DNA from: an uncultured Clostridia bacterium
GTDB lineage: Bacteria; Bacillota; Clostridia; TANB77; CAG-508
Length of the DNA: 64,000 nucleotides
Reading direction: 5' to 3'
Assembly (NCBI GenBank): GCA_934149165.1
Contig: CAKPDY010000003.1
Coordinates: forward strand, 24,228-88,227
Position 1 is the first letter of the stretch; each line of letters begins with the position of its first letter. The translations under genes were made by a program, and so were the position numbers. The notes beneath the pieces were generated by a model. It was not told the DNA's origin. It searched no databases and saw nothing but the letters and a program-made list of their open reading frames with translations. Of this stretch, positions 21,643-31,466 are shown piece after piece.

Positions 21643-22617
21643 CTAATTATTACACACTTCAAATTTCAACAACTTTGTATTAGATGATACAAAATTACTC
21701 TCATTACTTATCGGTTTTGATAAGTCAGTTGACAAATATTTCTTACTATCATCTGCAAAAACCGTTACTATTGGTTTATTTAATTTTTCATTTAATATTA
21801 TTGAACCAATTAAATTTGCTCCTGAGGAAATACCTACTCCCAATCCTAAATCTTTTGCCAATTTTCTAGACATATTTATTGCATCATTATCATTCACCTC
21901 TATTATATCATCTATTACACTTTTATCTACTAAATCAGGAACAAAATCATCCCCTATTCCTTCTATTTTATGTGGTCCATACATTTTTCCTTTTGATATT
22001 AAAGGCATTTGTTCTGGCTCTATTGCTACTATTTTTAATTGTTTAAATTCTTTTTGTAATCTTTTTCCTGTTCCTATTAGTGTTCCACCTGTTCCAACAC
22101 CTGAAACAAATGCATATAATTCTTCTGTAGTTTGAGCTATAATTTCTGGTGCAGTTGTTTCATAATGTGCCAATAAATTATCTTTATTTGCAAATTGATT
22201 AGCTAAAAAGCCATTTTTTTCCTTTGCAATTTTCTTAGTTTCCTCTATACAACGTACAAAGCCACCATCTTCTTTTGAAAACAAATATACTTTAGCACCA
22301 TAATTTTGCATTAACTGTACTCTTTCCTTGCTTGCCCAATCTGGCAAACATATATATACTTCATGATTATATATATTTCCTAATGCTGATAATGATATAC
22401 CTGTGTTTCCACTTGTTGCTTCCACTATTGGCATATTTTCTTTTAATTCTCCTCTTTTTATTGCATTTTCTATTATATAGTATGCTACTCTATCTTTTAT
22501 ACTTCCAGTTAAATTGTAATATTCTAATTTTGCGTAAATATAATTTTTTTTACCTTTATATTCATAGAAAATTTTTATCATTGGTGTGTTCCCTATAACT
22601 TTCAAATTTTCAAACAT
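21643..22617 (-). CDS. cysK: Cysteine synthase / PLP-dependent CysK-family enzyme
   Basis: LEYYNLTGSIKDR (PLP lysine), TSGNTG and GVGTGGT motifs. Confidence 0.8.
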   Translation of the reverse strand: MFENLKVIGNTPMIKIFYEYKGKKNYIYAKLEYYNLTGSIKDRVAYYIIENAIKRGELKENMPIVEATSGNTGISLSALGNIYNHEVYICLPDWASKERVQLMQNYGAKVYLFSKEDGGFVRCIEETKKIAKEKNGFLANQFANKDNLLAHYETTAPEIIAQTTEELYAFVSGVGTGGTLIGTGKRLQKEFKQLKIVAIEPEQMPLISKGKMYGPHKIEGIGDDFVPDLVDKSVIDDIIEVNDNDAINMSRKLAKDLGLGVGISSGANLIGSIILNEKLNKPIVTVFADDSKKYLSTDLSKPISNESNFVSSNTKLLKFEVCNN

Positions 22618-22679
22618 ATTAACCTCCTAATTGACAATATTTATATTATCTTTACTTTATTATATGTTTTAAATATATA

Positions 22680-22762
22680 AAAAGGGATAGTTTTTCCTTT
22701 TGCATGCAAACATAATGTTTTTTTACAATATGTTACTTTTTATAGAGTAAACTATCCTTTTT
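22680..22762 (-). terminator. Long hairpin after the dGTPase-like gene
   Basis: AAAGGGATAGTTT ... AAACTATCCTTTT arms enclose a ~55-nt loop, immediately after the stop at 22764. Confidence 0.45.
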
Positions 22763-22763
22763 A

Positions 22764-23972
22764 TTAAAATTTTAAAATTTCGTTATATATTTCAATTGCA
22801 TAATTATCTGTCATTCCTGCAATATAGTCAATTATTGCCTTAATGTAATCTGTTTGTGTATCTTTATAAATTATATTGTTTAATAAGTTAAGTTCTTTTC
22901 TTTTACAATTTAATTCACTATATCTATATAAATATTCTTTAAATCCTGTTATTGTTTGTGGATAAAATTTTTCTAGTTTTTCAAAATTGCGTTCTAGATT
23001 ATTTGATTCATAAACATTTTTTAGTGTATTGTAAATTCTGTTAATTACTACTTTAAAATATTCATTTGATGCATCAAGTCTTGGGTGTGAATATATATTT
23101 TGGTAGTTATATGCTTTTATATTATTTATTAATTTTAACTTTTCTTCTGAAAAACATAATCCATCTTTTATAGATGAATTTTTACATAAATCTGTTATTA
23201 ATTCATTTATAATATTAGAATTATTTAAGGCAACATTTTTGGGAATTTTAAGTATCTCCCTTAGTTCTTGAATTTTTGTATTATCCAACAAACGTAGATG
23301 TAGTGCATCTTCTAAATCTCTTCCTATATAAGATATTTTGTCAGATATTTTTATTACACACGCCTCCCAAGTATACGGATTAAATTGATTTGGTTTTGTA
23401 TATTGTGATAAATCTATTGCCTCATCTCTTGGCTTTAGAGCATTTTCATCAATTTCTCCACAGTGTGAAATTATTCCATCCCTTACAGCATATGTTAAAT
23501 TTAGATTTTGTAAATTTCCTTTATCATCTTCTAATAATTCTATGTTATCCACAAAATGTACACCATTTTTTTCATGCCAAAAGCTTTCATTTATATCTCT
23601 TTTAGAAATTTCATTTAATATTCTTTCACCTGCATGACCAAAAGGGCTATGACCTAAATCATGTGCTATTGAAATTGCTTTAGTAAGTTCTGTGTTTAGC
23701 CCTAAATATGTAGCTATTGTATTACTTATTGACTCAACATGACCAACATGTTCAATTCTTGTGCAAACATGGTCACTTGATGGCGAGAAAAAGACTTGAG
23801 TTTTATGTTTTAATCTTTTATATGCATTACAATGTAATATTCTTGTGTAATCTCTAGCAAAGTCTGTTCTTATATCATCTTTTCTTTTATATATTAACTT
23901 TTGTCTTGATATCATTTGTTTCCATTTAGGATTCTGCTCTGTTGCAGATACTGATTTTAGCACATCTCTCAT
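22764..23972 (-). CDS. dGTP triphosphohydrolase-like HD-domain protein
   Basis: RTDFARDYTRILHCNAYKRLKHKTQVF...RIEHVGHV...AHDLGHSPFGHAGE is the dGTPase-family HD signature. Confidence 0.8.
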   Translation of the reverse strand: MRDVLKSVSATEQNPKWKQMISRQKLIYKRKDDIRTDFARDYTRILHCNAYKRLKHKTQVFFSPSSDHVCTRIEHVGHVESISNTIATYLGLNTELTKAISIAHDLGHSPFGHAGERILNEISKRDINESFWHEKNGVHFVDNIELLEDDKGNLQNLNLTYAVRDGIISHCGEIDENALKPRDEAIDLSQYTKPNQFNPYTWEACVIKISDKISYIGRDLEDALHLRLLDNTKIQELREILKIPKNVALNNSNIINELITDLCKNSSIKDGLCFSEEKLKLINNIKAYNYQNIYSHPRLDASNEYFKVVINRIYNTLKNVYESNNLERNFEKLEKFYPQTITGFKEYLYRYSELNCKRKELNLLNNIIYKDTQTDYIKAIIDYIAGMTDNYAIEIYNEILKF

Positions 23973-23984
23973 CTTTTTTCCTCC

Positions 23985-24881
23985 TTATTTCAATTTTTCC
24001 AATTTTGCAATAAAAAATCCCTCATACAACTCATTTGGGCAAACACATATTGTGCCTAGAATAGTTGTTGGTAACAAAGGTAGGTTTTCTATTCCAGAAA
24101 ATTCAATTGGTACAATTTTTGCTTTTGTTCCTTTTAAAGCTTTTGTTATAATTTCTTCATTTTCACATTGCAAAATTGAACAAGTTGAATAAATCATTTC
24201 TTTCCCTGGCTTAAGAATTTTCAATGCCTTTTTTAGTAATATTAATTGTGCTTTTGTTGATTTTTCTATTAATTTTGGTGTGAAATATTTAAATACATTT
24301 TCATCTTGTAAATTCAAAGTTCCACTTCCACTACATGGTGCATCAAGTAAAATTCTATCAAATGAGAAGAAATCATCTATTGCTCGTGAATCTTTTTGCA
24401 TTACATACACTGAACTTGCTCCTTGCTTTTCAATATTATATTTCAACCTTTCTGCTCTAATTGCATTCATCTCACATGCAGTTATATTTGCCTGATTTTC
24501 TGTAATTGCTGCTATTTGAGTAGTTTTTCCCCCTGGTGCTGCACACATATCTAATATGTCTTCTGATTTTTGTGGATTCATTATTATTGGTGGCAACATA
24601 GATGACAGGCTTTGAAGGTATATTTCCCCATTTTTGTATATTTCTAATTCATGAATTTGTTTTTCGTCTGCATTTTCTATTATTAATGCATTTGGAGTCC
24701 ATGATACTTCTAAATATTTTATATTTGCTTTTTGTAATATGTTTTTTATGTTGTTTGAATTTGTTTTTAATGTATTTACACGCAATGTTACTTTTCTATT
24801 TGATTTATATCCTGATAATATTTTGTTGACTGTTTCTTCATTATATTGTTGGGCTAGAAGTTCATTTAGAAACTCTGGCAT
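23985..24881 (-). CDS. RsmB/RsmF (NOL1/NOP2/Sun) family RNA m5C methyltransferase
   Basis: DMCAAPGGKT, LLDAPCSGSG and YSTCS motifs. Confidence 0.8.
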   Translation of the reverse strand: MPEFLNELLAQQYNEETVNKILSGYKSNRKVTLRVNTLKTNSNNIKNILQKANIKYLEVSWTPNALIIENADEKQIHELEIYKNGEIYLQSLSSMLPPIIMNPQKSEDILDMCAAPGGKTTQIAAITENQANITACEMNAIRAERLKYNIEKQGASSVYVMQKDSRAIDDFFSFDRILLDAPCSGSGTLNLQDENVFKYFTPKLIEKSTKAQLILLKKALKILKPGKEMIYSTCSILQCENEEIITKALKGTKAKIVPIEFSGIENLPLLPTTILGTICVCPNELYEGFFIAKLEKLK

Positions 24882-24964
24882 ATGTGGTTTCCTCCTTGAT
24901 TAGTTTTTCTATTTGCATTTTTTCAAATTATAACAATAATTTTAATTTTATTTATAACTTATGT

Positions 24965-26023
24965 TTATCTCTCCTCTTCCTTAGATGTTTTTGCATTGTC
25001 AAAATAATACATAAGCATCATTTTTTTGACTTCCTCTAATTGTTCTAATTGCAAATTTGATGCATTTCTATTACACATCTGTTGTTTTATATAATTATAA
25101 TCTTTGAATCCATTATCTATTTGAGTATTAATATACTCAATATTAGATTTATACTGTAATTCTTTAAATGTATGTATTTTGTCTTTTGTGTAAATTTTAT
25201 ACGGTATATAATTTTCAGTCTTAGTACCCCTTCTATAGATTTCTAGTTGATCCTGATTAATATTTTCCATAACATTTTTTAGTCCTGCATATGAATCATT
25301 ATGTCTTCCTATATCGGTCAATTTTGCTTCACCTTTCATTGTAGGGTTATTAATATCATTTTCATACCTTTTATGAATATCTATTGCACTTACTAAATTT
25401 CCAACTGCAAGTGCATGATATTTTATATTGTATCCATAATCATTTAACATATCAATATCAACACCTGTAAGACCTTTTGAAACAGAAGGTGCACATTCAA
25501 TAAGAATGTCATATCCTTTTTTTATTGCATATGTATTTATATCATTAGCATGATCATATGAATCTATTCCTGTTAAAGCTCCAAAATTTTCAGCATCTTC
25601 TTTAAGAATTTTATCCACATCATTTCTAAATTTTTTGAATTTATCTGAATTTATTATAACAGAAGACGGATTTTCCCTTATTATAAGTTCTCTTAATTTG
25701 CTTTTTCCTGCTCCCGTTTGTGCTAATAAAATATTAGCTTTTGGATTATTTGAAACTTTTTTGTTATTAAATACATATCTTACTATTTTTAAAAAAGATA
25801 TAAAATATTCTTTGTCTGATAATCTATATTTAATCATCTTGTTACCTAATTCATAGCTAATATTATTTGATATTTCCGGATTTACTCTTCTTGAAGTATA
25901 TTTAAATAAATTTTCTGGTGGTTCTGGTAAATCATTTACAAAATAACTACTTAGTTCATCTAAAACCTCCTCTAATATTGTTTCATCCAAGTTTCTTCTT
26001 ATACTATCATGTCCCATTCTCAT
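24965..26023 (-). CDS. Zeta-toxin-like P-loop kinase domain protein
   Basis: Walker A LLAQTGAGKSKL is followed by VIINSDKFKKF, the zeta/PezT-like arrangement. Has a ~90-aa N-terminal extension. Confidence 0.55.
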   Translation of the reverse strand: MRMGHDSIRRNLDETILEEVLDELSSYFVNDLPEPPENLFKYTSRRVNPEISNNISYELGNKMIKYRLSDKEYFISFLKIVRYVFNNKKVSNNPKANILLAQTGAGKSKLRELIIRENPSSVIINSDKFKKFRNDVDKILKEDAENFGALTGIDSYDHANDINTYAIKKGYDILIECAPSVSKGLTGVDIDMLNDYGYNIKYHALAVGNLVSAIDIHKRYENDINNPTMKGEAKLTDIGRHNDSYAGLKNVMENINQDQLEIYRRGTKTENYIPYKIYTKDKIHTFKELQYKSNIEYINTQIDNGFKDYNYIKQQMCNRNASNLQLEQLEEVKKMMLMYYFDNAKTSKEEER

Positions 26024-26229
26024 TTCAATCCTCTCTTATTTTTGTTAATTATTTTTAATATAATTTCCTCATTATTCATATATATTTCATTTTGTATTTT
26101 TTCTAATAATTGCAACTTTTCCTTATATTTCTGTATTTTATTATTACTTTTGCAAACAGCATATTTATTAGTTACTTCCGCAATCATACTTGTTACAATA
26201 TCTAAAGCTATTTCACTATTTTCTTCCAT
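26020..26229 (-). CDS. Small helical protein, possible cognate antitoxin
   Basis: 69 aa. Its stop overlaps the start of the zeta-like gene by 4 nt (ATGA). No recognisable motif. Confidence 0.35.
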   Translation of the reverse strand: MEENSEIALDIVTSMIAEVTNKYAVCKSNNKIQKYKEKLQLLEKIQNEIYMNNEEIILKIINKNKRGLK

Positions 26230-26244
26230 ACATCTTCCTCCAAA

Positions 26245-27048
26245 TTATATTATTTCAAATTTTTCCAAGTCATATGGTGCATAAACATTTCCTTTAAAAT
26301 ACTTTTTAGCATCTTGTATAAATAATTTTTTTCTATTTTCTAAATCCTTATCTGTCGAATGGGACAAAATTATATTTTTGATATTCAATCTTTCAGCCAT
26401 CATTGATACATATTTTACTGTACTATGATGATGTCTTTCCATAGGATTATATTCTTCTGCTTCTTCTCCAGCCATATATGCATCTGAAAAAATCCATTCA
26501 CAATTTTTCAAATACTTTTCTGTTTTTGGATTACAAACTTCATCACCCAAAAAGACAAATTCCTTTTTTGGTAAATACTCCATTATAAAACCAAATTGTT
26601 TAACCTTCACTGCATTTAAATCAATAAAAGTTATTTCATGATTTAGAATTTTCGCCCTATCACCATCTTTAACTGTTACTAATTTAATCATAGTTCCAAC
26701 GTATTTCAATAATCCCTGTGGTATTAATGTATTAGACATTATTTTTACAGCATTAATTACAAGATCATTTCCATATATGTATAATGGTATTTCATATCCT
26801 CTATTATAATATCTTACATATTCACGTATTATCCATATAATACCAACTATATGATCTATATGTGTATGTGATATAAAAATATTTTTTACTTTCTTCATTT
26901 CTATCCCAGTTGCTTTTAAATTATTAATTATACCATTTCCACCTCCAGTATCCACTAAAAAATATTCATCATTTTCTTTTAAAGCAAAACATGTGTTATA
27001 ACACTCTGTTACTGAACCATGTCCTGTCCCCAACATTATTATTTCCAT
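26245..27048 (-). CDS. MBL-fold metallo-hydrolase
   Basis: HTHIDH motif plus downstream His/Asp ligands. Confidence 0.8.
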   Translation of the reverse strand: MEIIMLGTGHGSVTECYNTCFALKENDEYFLVDTGGGNGIINNLKATGIEMKKVKNIFISHTHIDHIVGIIWIIREYVRYYNRGYEIPLYIYGNDLVINAVKIMSNTLIPQGLLKYVGTMIKLVTVKDGDRAKILNHEITFIDLNAVKVKQFGFIMEYLPKKEFVFLGDEVCNPKTEKYLKNCEWIFSDAYMAGEEAEEYNPMERHHHSTVKYVSMMAERLNIKNIILSHSTDKDLENRKKLFIQDAKKYFKGNVYAPYDLEKFEII

Positions 27049-27149
27049 AAAATTTCATTCCTTTCTTGCCTTGCTAAAAAGTCTACATAGTTATAAAAGT
27101 ATAATTATTTTTATACTGCATCTTTTTTATATTTGTTACATTTTTAAAA

Positions 27150-27371
27150 TTATTCCTCTATATTCTCTAATAATTCTTTCAATTTTCCAATTTCATCTTT
27201 TGATAATGTAATACCCTTTCCTATTTTTTCATGATTTTCTGACCATGTTCTTAAATCATATTTTGGTTCTCTATCATTCCAACTTACTAGATTTAATTCA
27301 GTTTTCCAACCTTTAGATGTTTCTGACAGTACTCCTATTTCTTTTACAATTTCAAATTTAATTTCACTCAT
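27150..27371 (-). CDS. YdbC/PC4-like ssDNA-binding protein
   Basis: LSETSKGWKTELNLVSWNDREPKYDLRTWSENHEKIGKGITLSKDE closely resembles the YdbC family as I remember it. Confidence 0.65.
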   Translation of the reverse strand: MSEIKFEIVKEIGVLSETSKGWKTELNLVSWNDREPKYDLRTWSENHEKIGKGITLSKDEIGKLKELLENIEE

Positions 27372-27470
27372 TTTTTCCCTCCTCTAGTATTATTATTGAA
27401 CTGATTTTATAATTTTTAATCCAATTGGTCAATAGTTTAGAGCCTTTTTGTTTAATAATTTGTTAATAAT

Positions 27471-27526
27471 CAACGGGGGCGTATAATTTGGGTTGCTTAG
27501 GCAACCCAAATTATACGCCCCTGTTG
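27471..27526. repeat. Perfect 26-bp-stem GC-rich hairpin
   Basis: CAACGGGGGCGTATAATTTGGGTTGC-TTAG-GCAACCCAAATTATACGCCCCTGTTG, with only one G-T pair. No U tract on either side. Confidence 0.85.
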
Positions 27527-27552
27527 GTTCCATTTCCATTACAAGTTAGTTA

Positions 27553-28611
27553 TTAAATTTTACTCTTAAAACTTAAATCACCAAATTTTTCAGTAGTAAT
27601 ATACCCTGGAACTGAATTAATAACATCTGGAATTCTATTAACAATAGTTGCACATGTTAATTCTACTGTTGAAGGTTTTGCAACTACAATAGTAGTTGTA
27701 GGTTCTCCCTCTATTGTCCATTCATTTTTATCATAATCTTCTTTTGAATAAACTTTTCCTATACACTCACTCTCAATAACAACTCCTTCTTTAGTTTGTG
27801 TTGTTACAACCGCACTCATTCCTGTTGCATCACCTGATTTCACAGTCATATTTAGTGTACTTGAAAAAATATCCTCTTTATATGTTTGTGGCACACACTT
27901 TTGAGTTTGTGAAACTGGGGTAAGTCCTAATTTTGAACATAACCATCCATTTACATTCCACATATATGATGGTAAAAACTCACCTTTATTTATTAATTCT
28001 TGTCTTGCCTGCTCGCTTATATTATCTGCTGATGCTATTTTTTCTTCAAATGTTTTTAAATCTAAACCTGCACCATGTGCTTGTGCTAATGCTATTCCAT
28101 ATTCTTCAACATTATAACTTGAACTTCCTTTTATTTTCTTAATTGTTTGTGTTGAACCTGCTATTGAAGAAATTAATTGTCCCCAATATATATCTTGATA
28201 ACCGCTTCCTGATATAGTACAATTATTTTCTTTTGCTAATTTATCTATTTTGTTTGTTAATTCTGGATTAGAATTAATAGGATAAAAAGCTTCTTCACAT
28301 GTAGTAATAGCATTTATTCCCAATTTAGCACATAACATTAATGGTTCTTCTAAATCTGAAAATAAGCTCATTGTTGTTACAATACATATATCTGGTTTAG
28401 TTTGTTTTAACATTTCTTCTGCATTTTCTGCTGATACAACTGTTACATTTTTATTTTCTGTTCCTATTATTTCTCCTATATCTTTTCCTATTACATTTGG
28501 ATTAACATCTACTGCACCTACTATTTCTCCTCCCTTTTCTAGTACATACCTCATTGTATATACTGACATTTTTCCAACTCCATATTGGACAACTTTAGTT
28601 TTTCTTTCCAT
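27553..28611 (-). CDS. NAD(P)-binding DapB-like oxidoreductase / amine dehydrogenase family
   Basis: N-terminal Rossmann VVQYGVGKMS. Size and pattern resemble 2,4-diaminopentanoate-dehydrogenase-like enzymes. Assignment is tentative. Confidence 0.45.
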   Translation of the reverse strand: MERKTKVVQYGVGKMSVYTMRYVLEKGGEIVGAVDVNPNVIGKDIGEIIGTENKNVTVVSAENAEEMLKQTKPDICIVTTMSLFSDLEEPLMLCAKLGINAITTCEEAFYPINSNPELTNKIDKLAKENNCTISGSGYQDIYWGQLISSIAGSTQTIKKIKGSSSYNVEEYGIALAQAHGAGLDLKTFEEKIASADNISEQARQELINKGEFLPSYMWNVNGWLCSKLGLTPVSQTQKCVPQTYKEDIFSSTLNMTVKSGDATGMSAVVTTQTKEGVVIESECIGKVYSKEDYDKNEWTIEGEPTTTIVVAKPSTVELTCATIVNRIPDVINSVPGYITTEKFGDLSFKSKI

Positions 28612-28750
28612 ATAAAAACCTTCCTTTCTTTTGTTTAATATAACCTTTTTTATAAAAAAAATTCATATTAGTTACTTTCCTATAGCAAAGTTATATTTTA
28701 TATCATATATTATAATATTATTGTTAATGTCTTTACAACATTTTTCTTAC

Positions 28751-30319
28751 TTAATATCCCTTATGAAAATGATCAATAGCCATTTGTATAAAAAGCCACA
28801 CTGTAAATATAACAGCAAGTAACAAATAAATGTATTTTAAAACAGTATTACTAACAAAACTTGCTCCTAATATAAAAGCAGCATCTAAAAATCCAATTAT
28901 AAGTTGATGTAACATTTTTTCCAATTTATCAACTTGTCTTTGTGAATTTGCCATTTCTATATCGAATTTAATTTCTCCGCGATTTACATCTTTCACAAAA
29001 TTTAATAATTCATTTGGAAGTTCTGTAATACTATTAGCTCCTGTTACAATATTTTTTCCTGTATTTATTAACATTTCTTTGGAAAATACATTTCTTAATG
29101 TATCTTCTTTAATTTTATTTTTCAAAACCATCATTAAATTTATTTCAGGATAAATATCTTGTAATGTCCCTTCAATTACGCAAATTCCTCGCATTAACAA
29201 TGTAATATTATTATCTAATTTTAAATTATTTTTTCTTAAAATATTAGTTACACTATTTGTAAAACTTATTATATCAATATTTTCAATATCCTCACTAGCA
29301 TTTTTATTTAGAACCTGTTGAATTTCCGCTCTAAGTTGTGTATGATTAATAGTAGATTTTGTTGTTGACATACTAAGTAATATATGTTCCAACTCTGTAA
29401 TATCATTTCTAACAATTGCTTTCATTGCATCATTTAACAATTTCCTGCTTCTTGAGCTTATTCTTCCCATCATTCCTAAATCCAAATATACTATTTTACC
29501 ATTGTAAATATAAATATTATCTTGATGTGGATCTGCATGGAAAAAGCCATCATCTAGTGCTTGTTTTATGTAATTATTTGCAAGCTTTAATCCAATTTCT
29601 TCAAGATTATATCCATTATCCATTAAAGTTTGCTTATTATCTAAACTTACCCCTTCAATATTTTGCATTACCAATACTTTTTTAGTAACATAATTTTTAT
29701 ATACTTTTGGAACATCAACATATGAAATATCAATATTATTTTCTTTAAATTCTTCAAGATGTTTTGCTTCAATTTCAAAATTCATTTCTTCTTTTGCTAC
29801 GTTATAAATTTCGTCAATCATTGTAGATACATCCATTACCTTAACTATTAAATTTAAGTGTAATAAATTTATAGCTTTTTTTAGTAGTTTAACATCCATA
29901 GTCATTGTTTCATAAATATTCCTTCTTTGAACTTTAATTGCAACATCTTCACCTGTTACTAATTTTGCTTTATGTACTTGTGCCATTGATGCAGAACCTA
30001 TACTTTTAGGTGATATTTCTTTAAATATTTCATCAATATTTCCTAATTCCTCTTTCAATATTTCAATAACTTCTTCAAAACTCATAGGTTCAACATTTGA
30101 TCTTAGTTTAGCAAGTGCTTCACAATATTGTTGTGGCAAAATATCATATCTACTAGACATTATTTGTCCTATTTTTATAAATGTTGGTCCCAATTTTGAT
30201 ATAGTTTTACACACATTTTCTGGAGTTCTATTACTTATTAAATTACTTTCTTTTAAGATTTTTACAATTTCTTTAAATCTTGTTTTTTCATCCATTGTAT
30301 TTTTCCTTTTCTTTTTCAT
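28751..30319 (-). CDS. ABC1/UbiB-family atypical kinase
   Basis: GSASMAQVHKAKL, HADPHQDN and DLGMMG motifs, plus C-terminal TM helices. Confidence 0.8.
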   Translation of the reverse strand: MKKKRKNTMDEKTRFKEIVKILKESNLISNRTPENVCKTISKLGPTFIKIGQIMSSRYDILPQQYCEALAKLRSNVEPMSFEEVIEILKEELGNIDEIFKEISPKSIGSASMAQVHKAKLVTGEDVAIKVQRRNIYETMTMDVKLLKKAINLLHLNLIVKVMDVSTMIDEIYNVAKEEMNFEIEAKHLEEFKENNIDISYVDVPKVYKNYVTKKVLVMQNIEGVSLDNKQTLMDNGYNLEEIGLKLANNYIKQALDDGFFHADPHQDNIYIYNGKIVYLDLGMMGRISSRSRKLLNDAMKAIVRNDITELEHILLSMSTTKSTINHTQLRAEIQQVLNKNASEDIENIDIISFTNSVTNILRKNNLKLDNNITLLMRGICVIEGTLQDIYPEINLMMVLKNKIKEDTLRNVFSKEMLINTGKNIVTGANSITELPNELLNFVKDVNRGEIKFDIEMANSQRQVDKLEKMLHQLIIGFLDAAFILGASFVSNTVLKYIYLLLAVIFTVWLFIQMAIDHFHKGY

Positions 30320-30333
30320 TTTTTATAAAAAGT

Positions 30334-30705
30334 TTATTCTTCTGTCTTCTCTTCTGTCTTCTCTTCACTCTTTTCTTCACTTTTCTCTTCACTTTTTAAA
30401 AGCTCTAAAATTTCATTTTTTTCTTCATTAGTTAAATTATTTATTACATCAACAATATTTTCTTTACTTATATTATCTTTATCAATTTTTGTATATTGAA
30501 TATTAGTATTTTCTTTAATTTCATCTTTTATTTTTTCTTTTATATCTCTTTTTAATTCTTCATTTTTTATAGTGCCTTCTTTATAAATAGATTCACCCTT
30601 TTCTAAAAGTTCTTTTTTTAACTCTATAGCTTTTTCCCCTGTAAGTGAAATAGCTCCCAAACCCATTAATATTACTTCTTTTAAACTATCTTTCATGTAA
30701 TTCAC
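30334..30705 (-). CDS. Phasin-like helical protein with EEKSE/EEKTE C-terminal repeats
   Basis: MGLGAISLTGEKAIELKKELLEKGE resembles phasin-family proteins that often precede UbiB-like genes. The tail is four 5-aa repeats. Confidence 0.45.
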   Translation of the reverse strand: MNYMKDSLKEVILMGLGAISLTGEKAIELKKELLEKGESIYKEGTIKNEELKRDIKEKIKDEIKENTNIQYTKIDKDNISKENIVDVINNLTNEEKNEILELLKSEEKSEEKSEEKTEEKTEE

Positions 30706-30792
30706 ACCTTTCTTTTATATTATTTTTTATGTTTTTATTATAACACTAATCTAATAATTGTAAACTAAATTTTTGAAGAATTTTTTATGAAA

Positions 30793-30877
30793 GAAAAAGG
30801 GACATTTTAGTTTTCCTGTTCATAGATACAAAATTTAATTATCTATGAATTAGTAAAACTAAAATGTCCCTTTTTTC
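30793..30877 (-). terminator. Long composite hairpin terminator after hsp20
   Basis: 21-nt perfect outer arms AAAAAGGGACATTTTAGTTTT / AAAACTAAAATGTCCCTTTTT, plus an inner stem TTCATAGAT / ATCTATGAA. A T run follows on the minus strand. Confidence 0.6.
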
Positions 30878-30900
30878 CTTTTTTTTCTATTTTCTATTTT

Positions 30901-31338
30901 CTATTCCTCACTTATATCAATATACTTCTTATCTTCCAATTTTTTAACTTCTTTCTTTGGAACTGTAATACATAAAGTACCATTTTTGAATGAAGCTTTT
31001 ATGTCTTCTTCTGTAATATTATCACCTACATAATAGCTTCTTGAGCATTCTCCCAAATATCTTTCTTTATGAATATAATTTGATTTTTTATCTGATTCAT
31101 CTGTTGTTTTTTCTGTTTTAGCACTTACTGTAATATAACCGTTGTTTAATTCTATTTTTATATCTTCTTTTTTATATCCTGGAACATCTATTTCTAATGT
31201 ATATTCATTTTCATCTTCTTTAAGATCGGTTTTCATTATTTCTGGATAATGTCTTCCTTTCCTGTTATTATCAAATAACATATCATCAAATAAATTGTCT
31301 AGTACATCAAAACTATTTTTTCTTGGTATCATCATCAT
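30901..31338 (-). CDS. Hsp20/alpha-crystallin small heat-shock protein
   Basis: Alpha-crystallin domain pattern (YTLEIDVPGYKKEDIKIEL..GYITVSA...SFKNGTLCITVPK). Confidence 0.9.
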   Translation of the reverse strand: MMMIPRKNSFDVLDNLFDDMLFDNNRKGRHYPEIMKTDLKEDENEYTLEIDVPGYKKEDIKIELNNGYITVSAKTEKTTDESDKKSNYIHKERYLGECSRSYYVGDNITEEDIKASFKNGTLCITVPKKEVKKLEDKKYIDISEE

Positions 31339-31437
31339 AATTAATTCCTCCTATCAAAATTATATGTGTTGACACCTTATCAAGGTAGCACATATTTAAT
31401 ATTATTTTAAAAAAGTACTTTTTTTATTCATAACTAG

Positions 31438-31466
31438 ATTATAGTTCTACTTTTTAGCAATGTCAA
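31438..31466 (-). promoter_or_regulatory. Consensus sigma-A promoter of hsp20
   Basis: Minus strand TTGACA-17 nt-TATAAT. The -35 box lies inside the CIRCE element. Confidence 0.65.

Noticed and set aside
22618-22763. Possible T-box or S-box leader upstream of the cysteine synthase gene
   Set aside because: The 146-nt gap is mostly occupied by the terminator hairpin of the upstream gene. No specifier, T-box or SAM-riboswitch core is visible.
30337-30395. 15-bp tandem repeats at the 3' end of the phasin-like gene
   Set aside because: They are in-frame EEKSE/EEKTE repeats forming an acidic tail. Nothing suggests a function beyond low-complexity variation.
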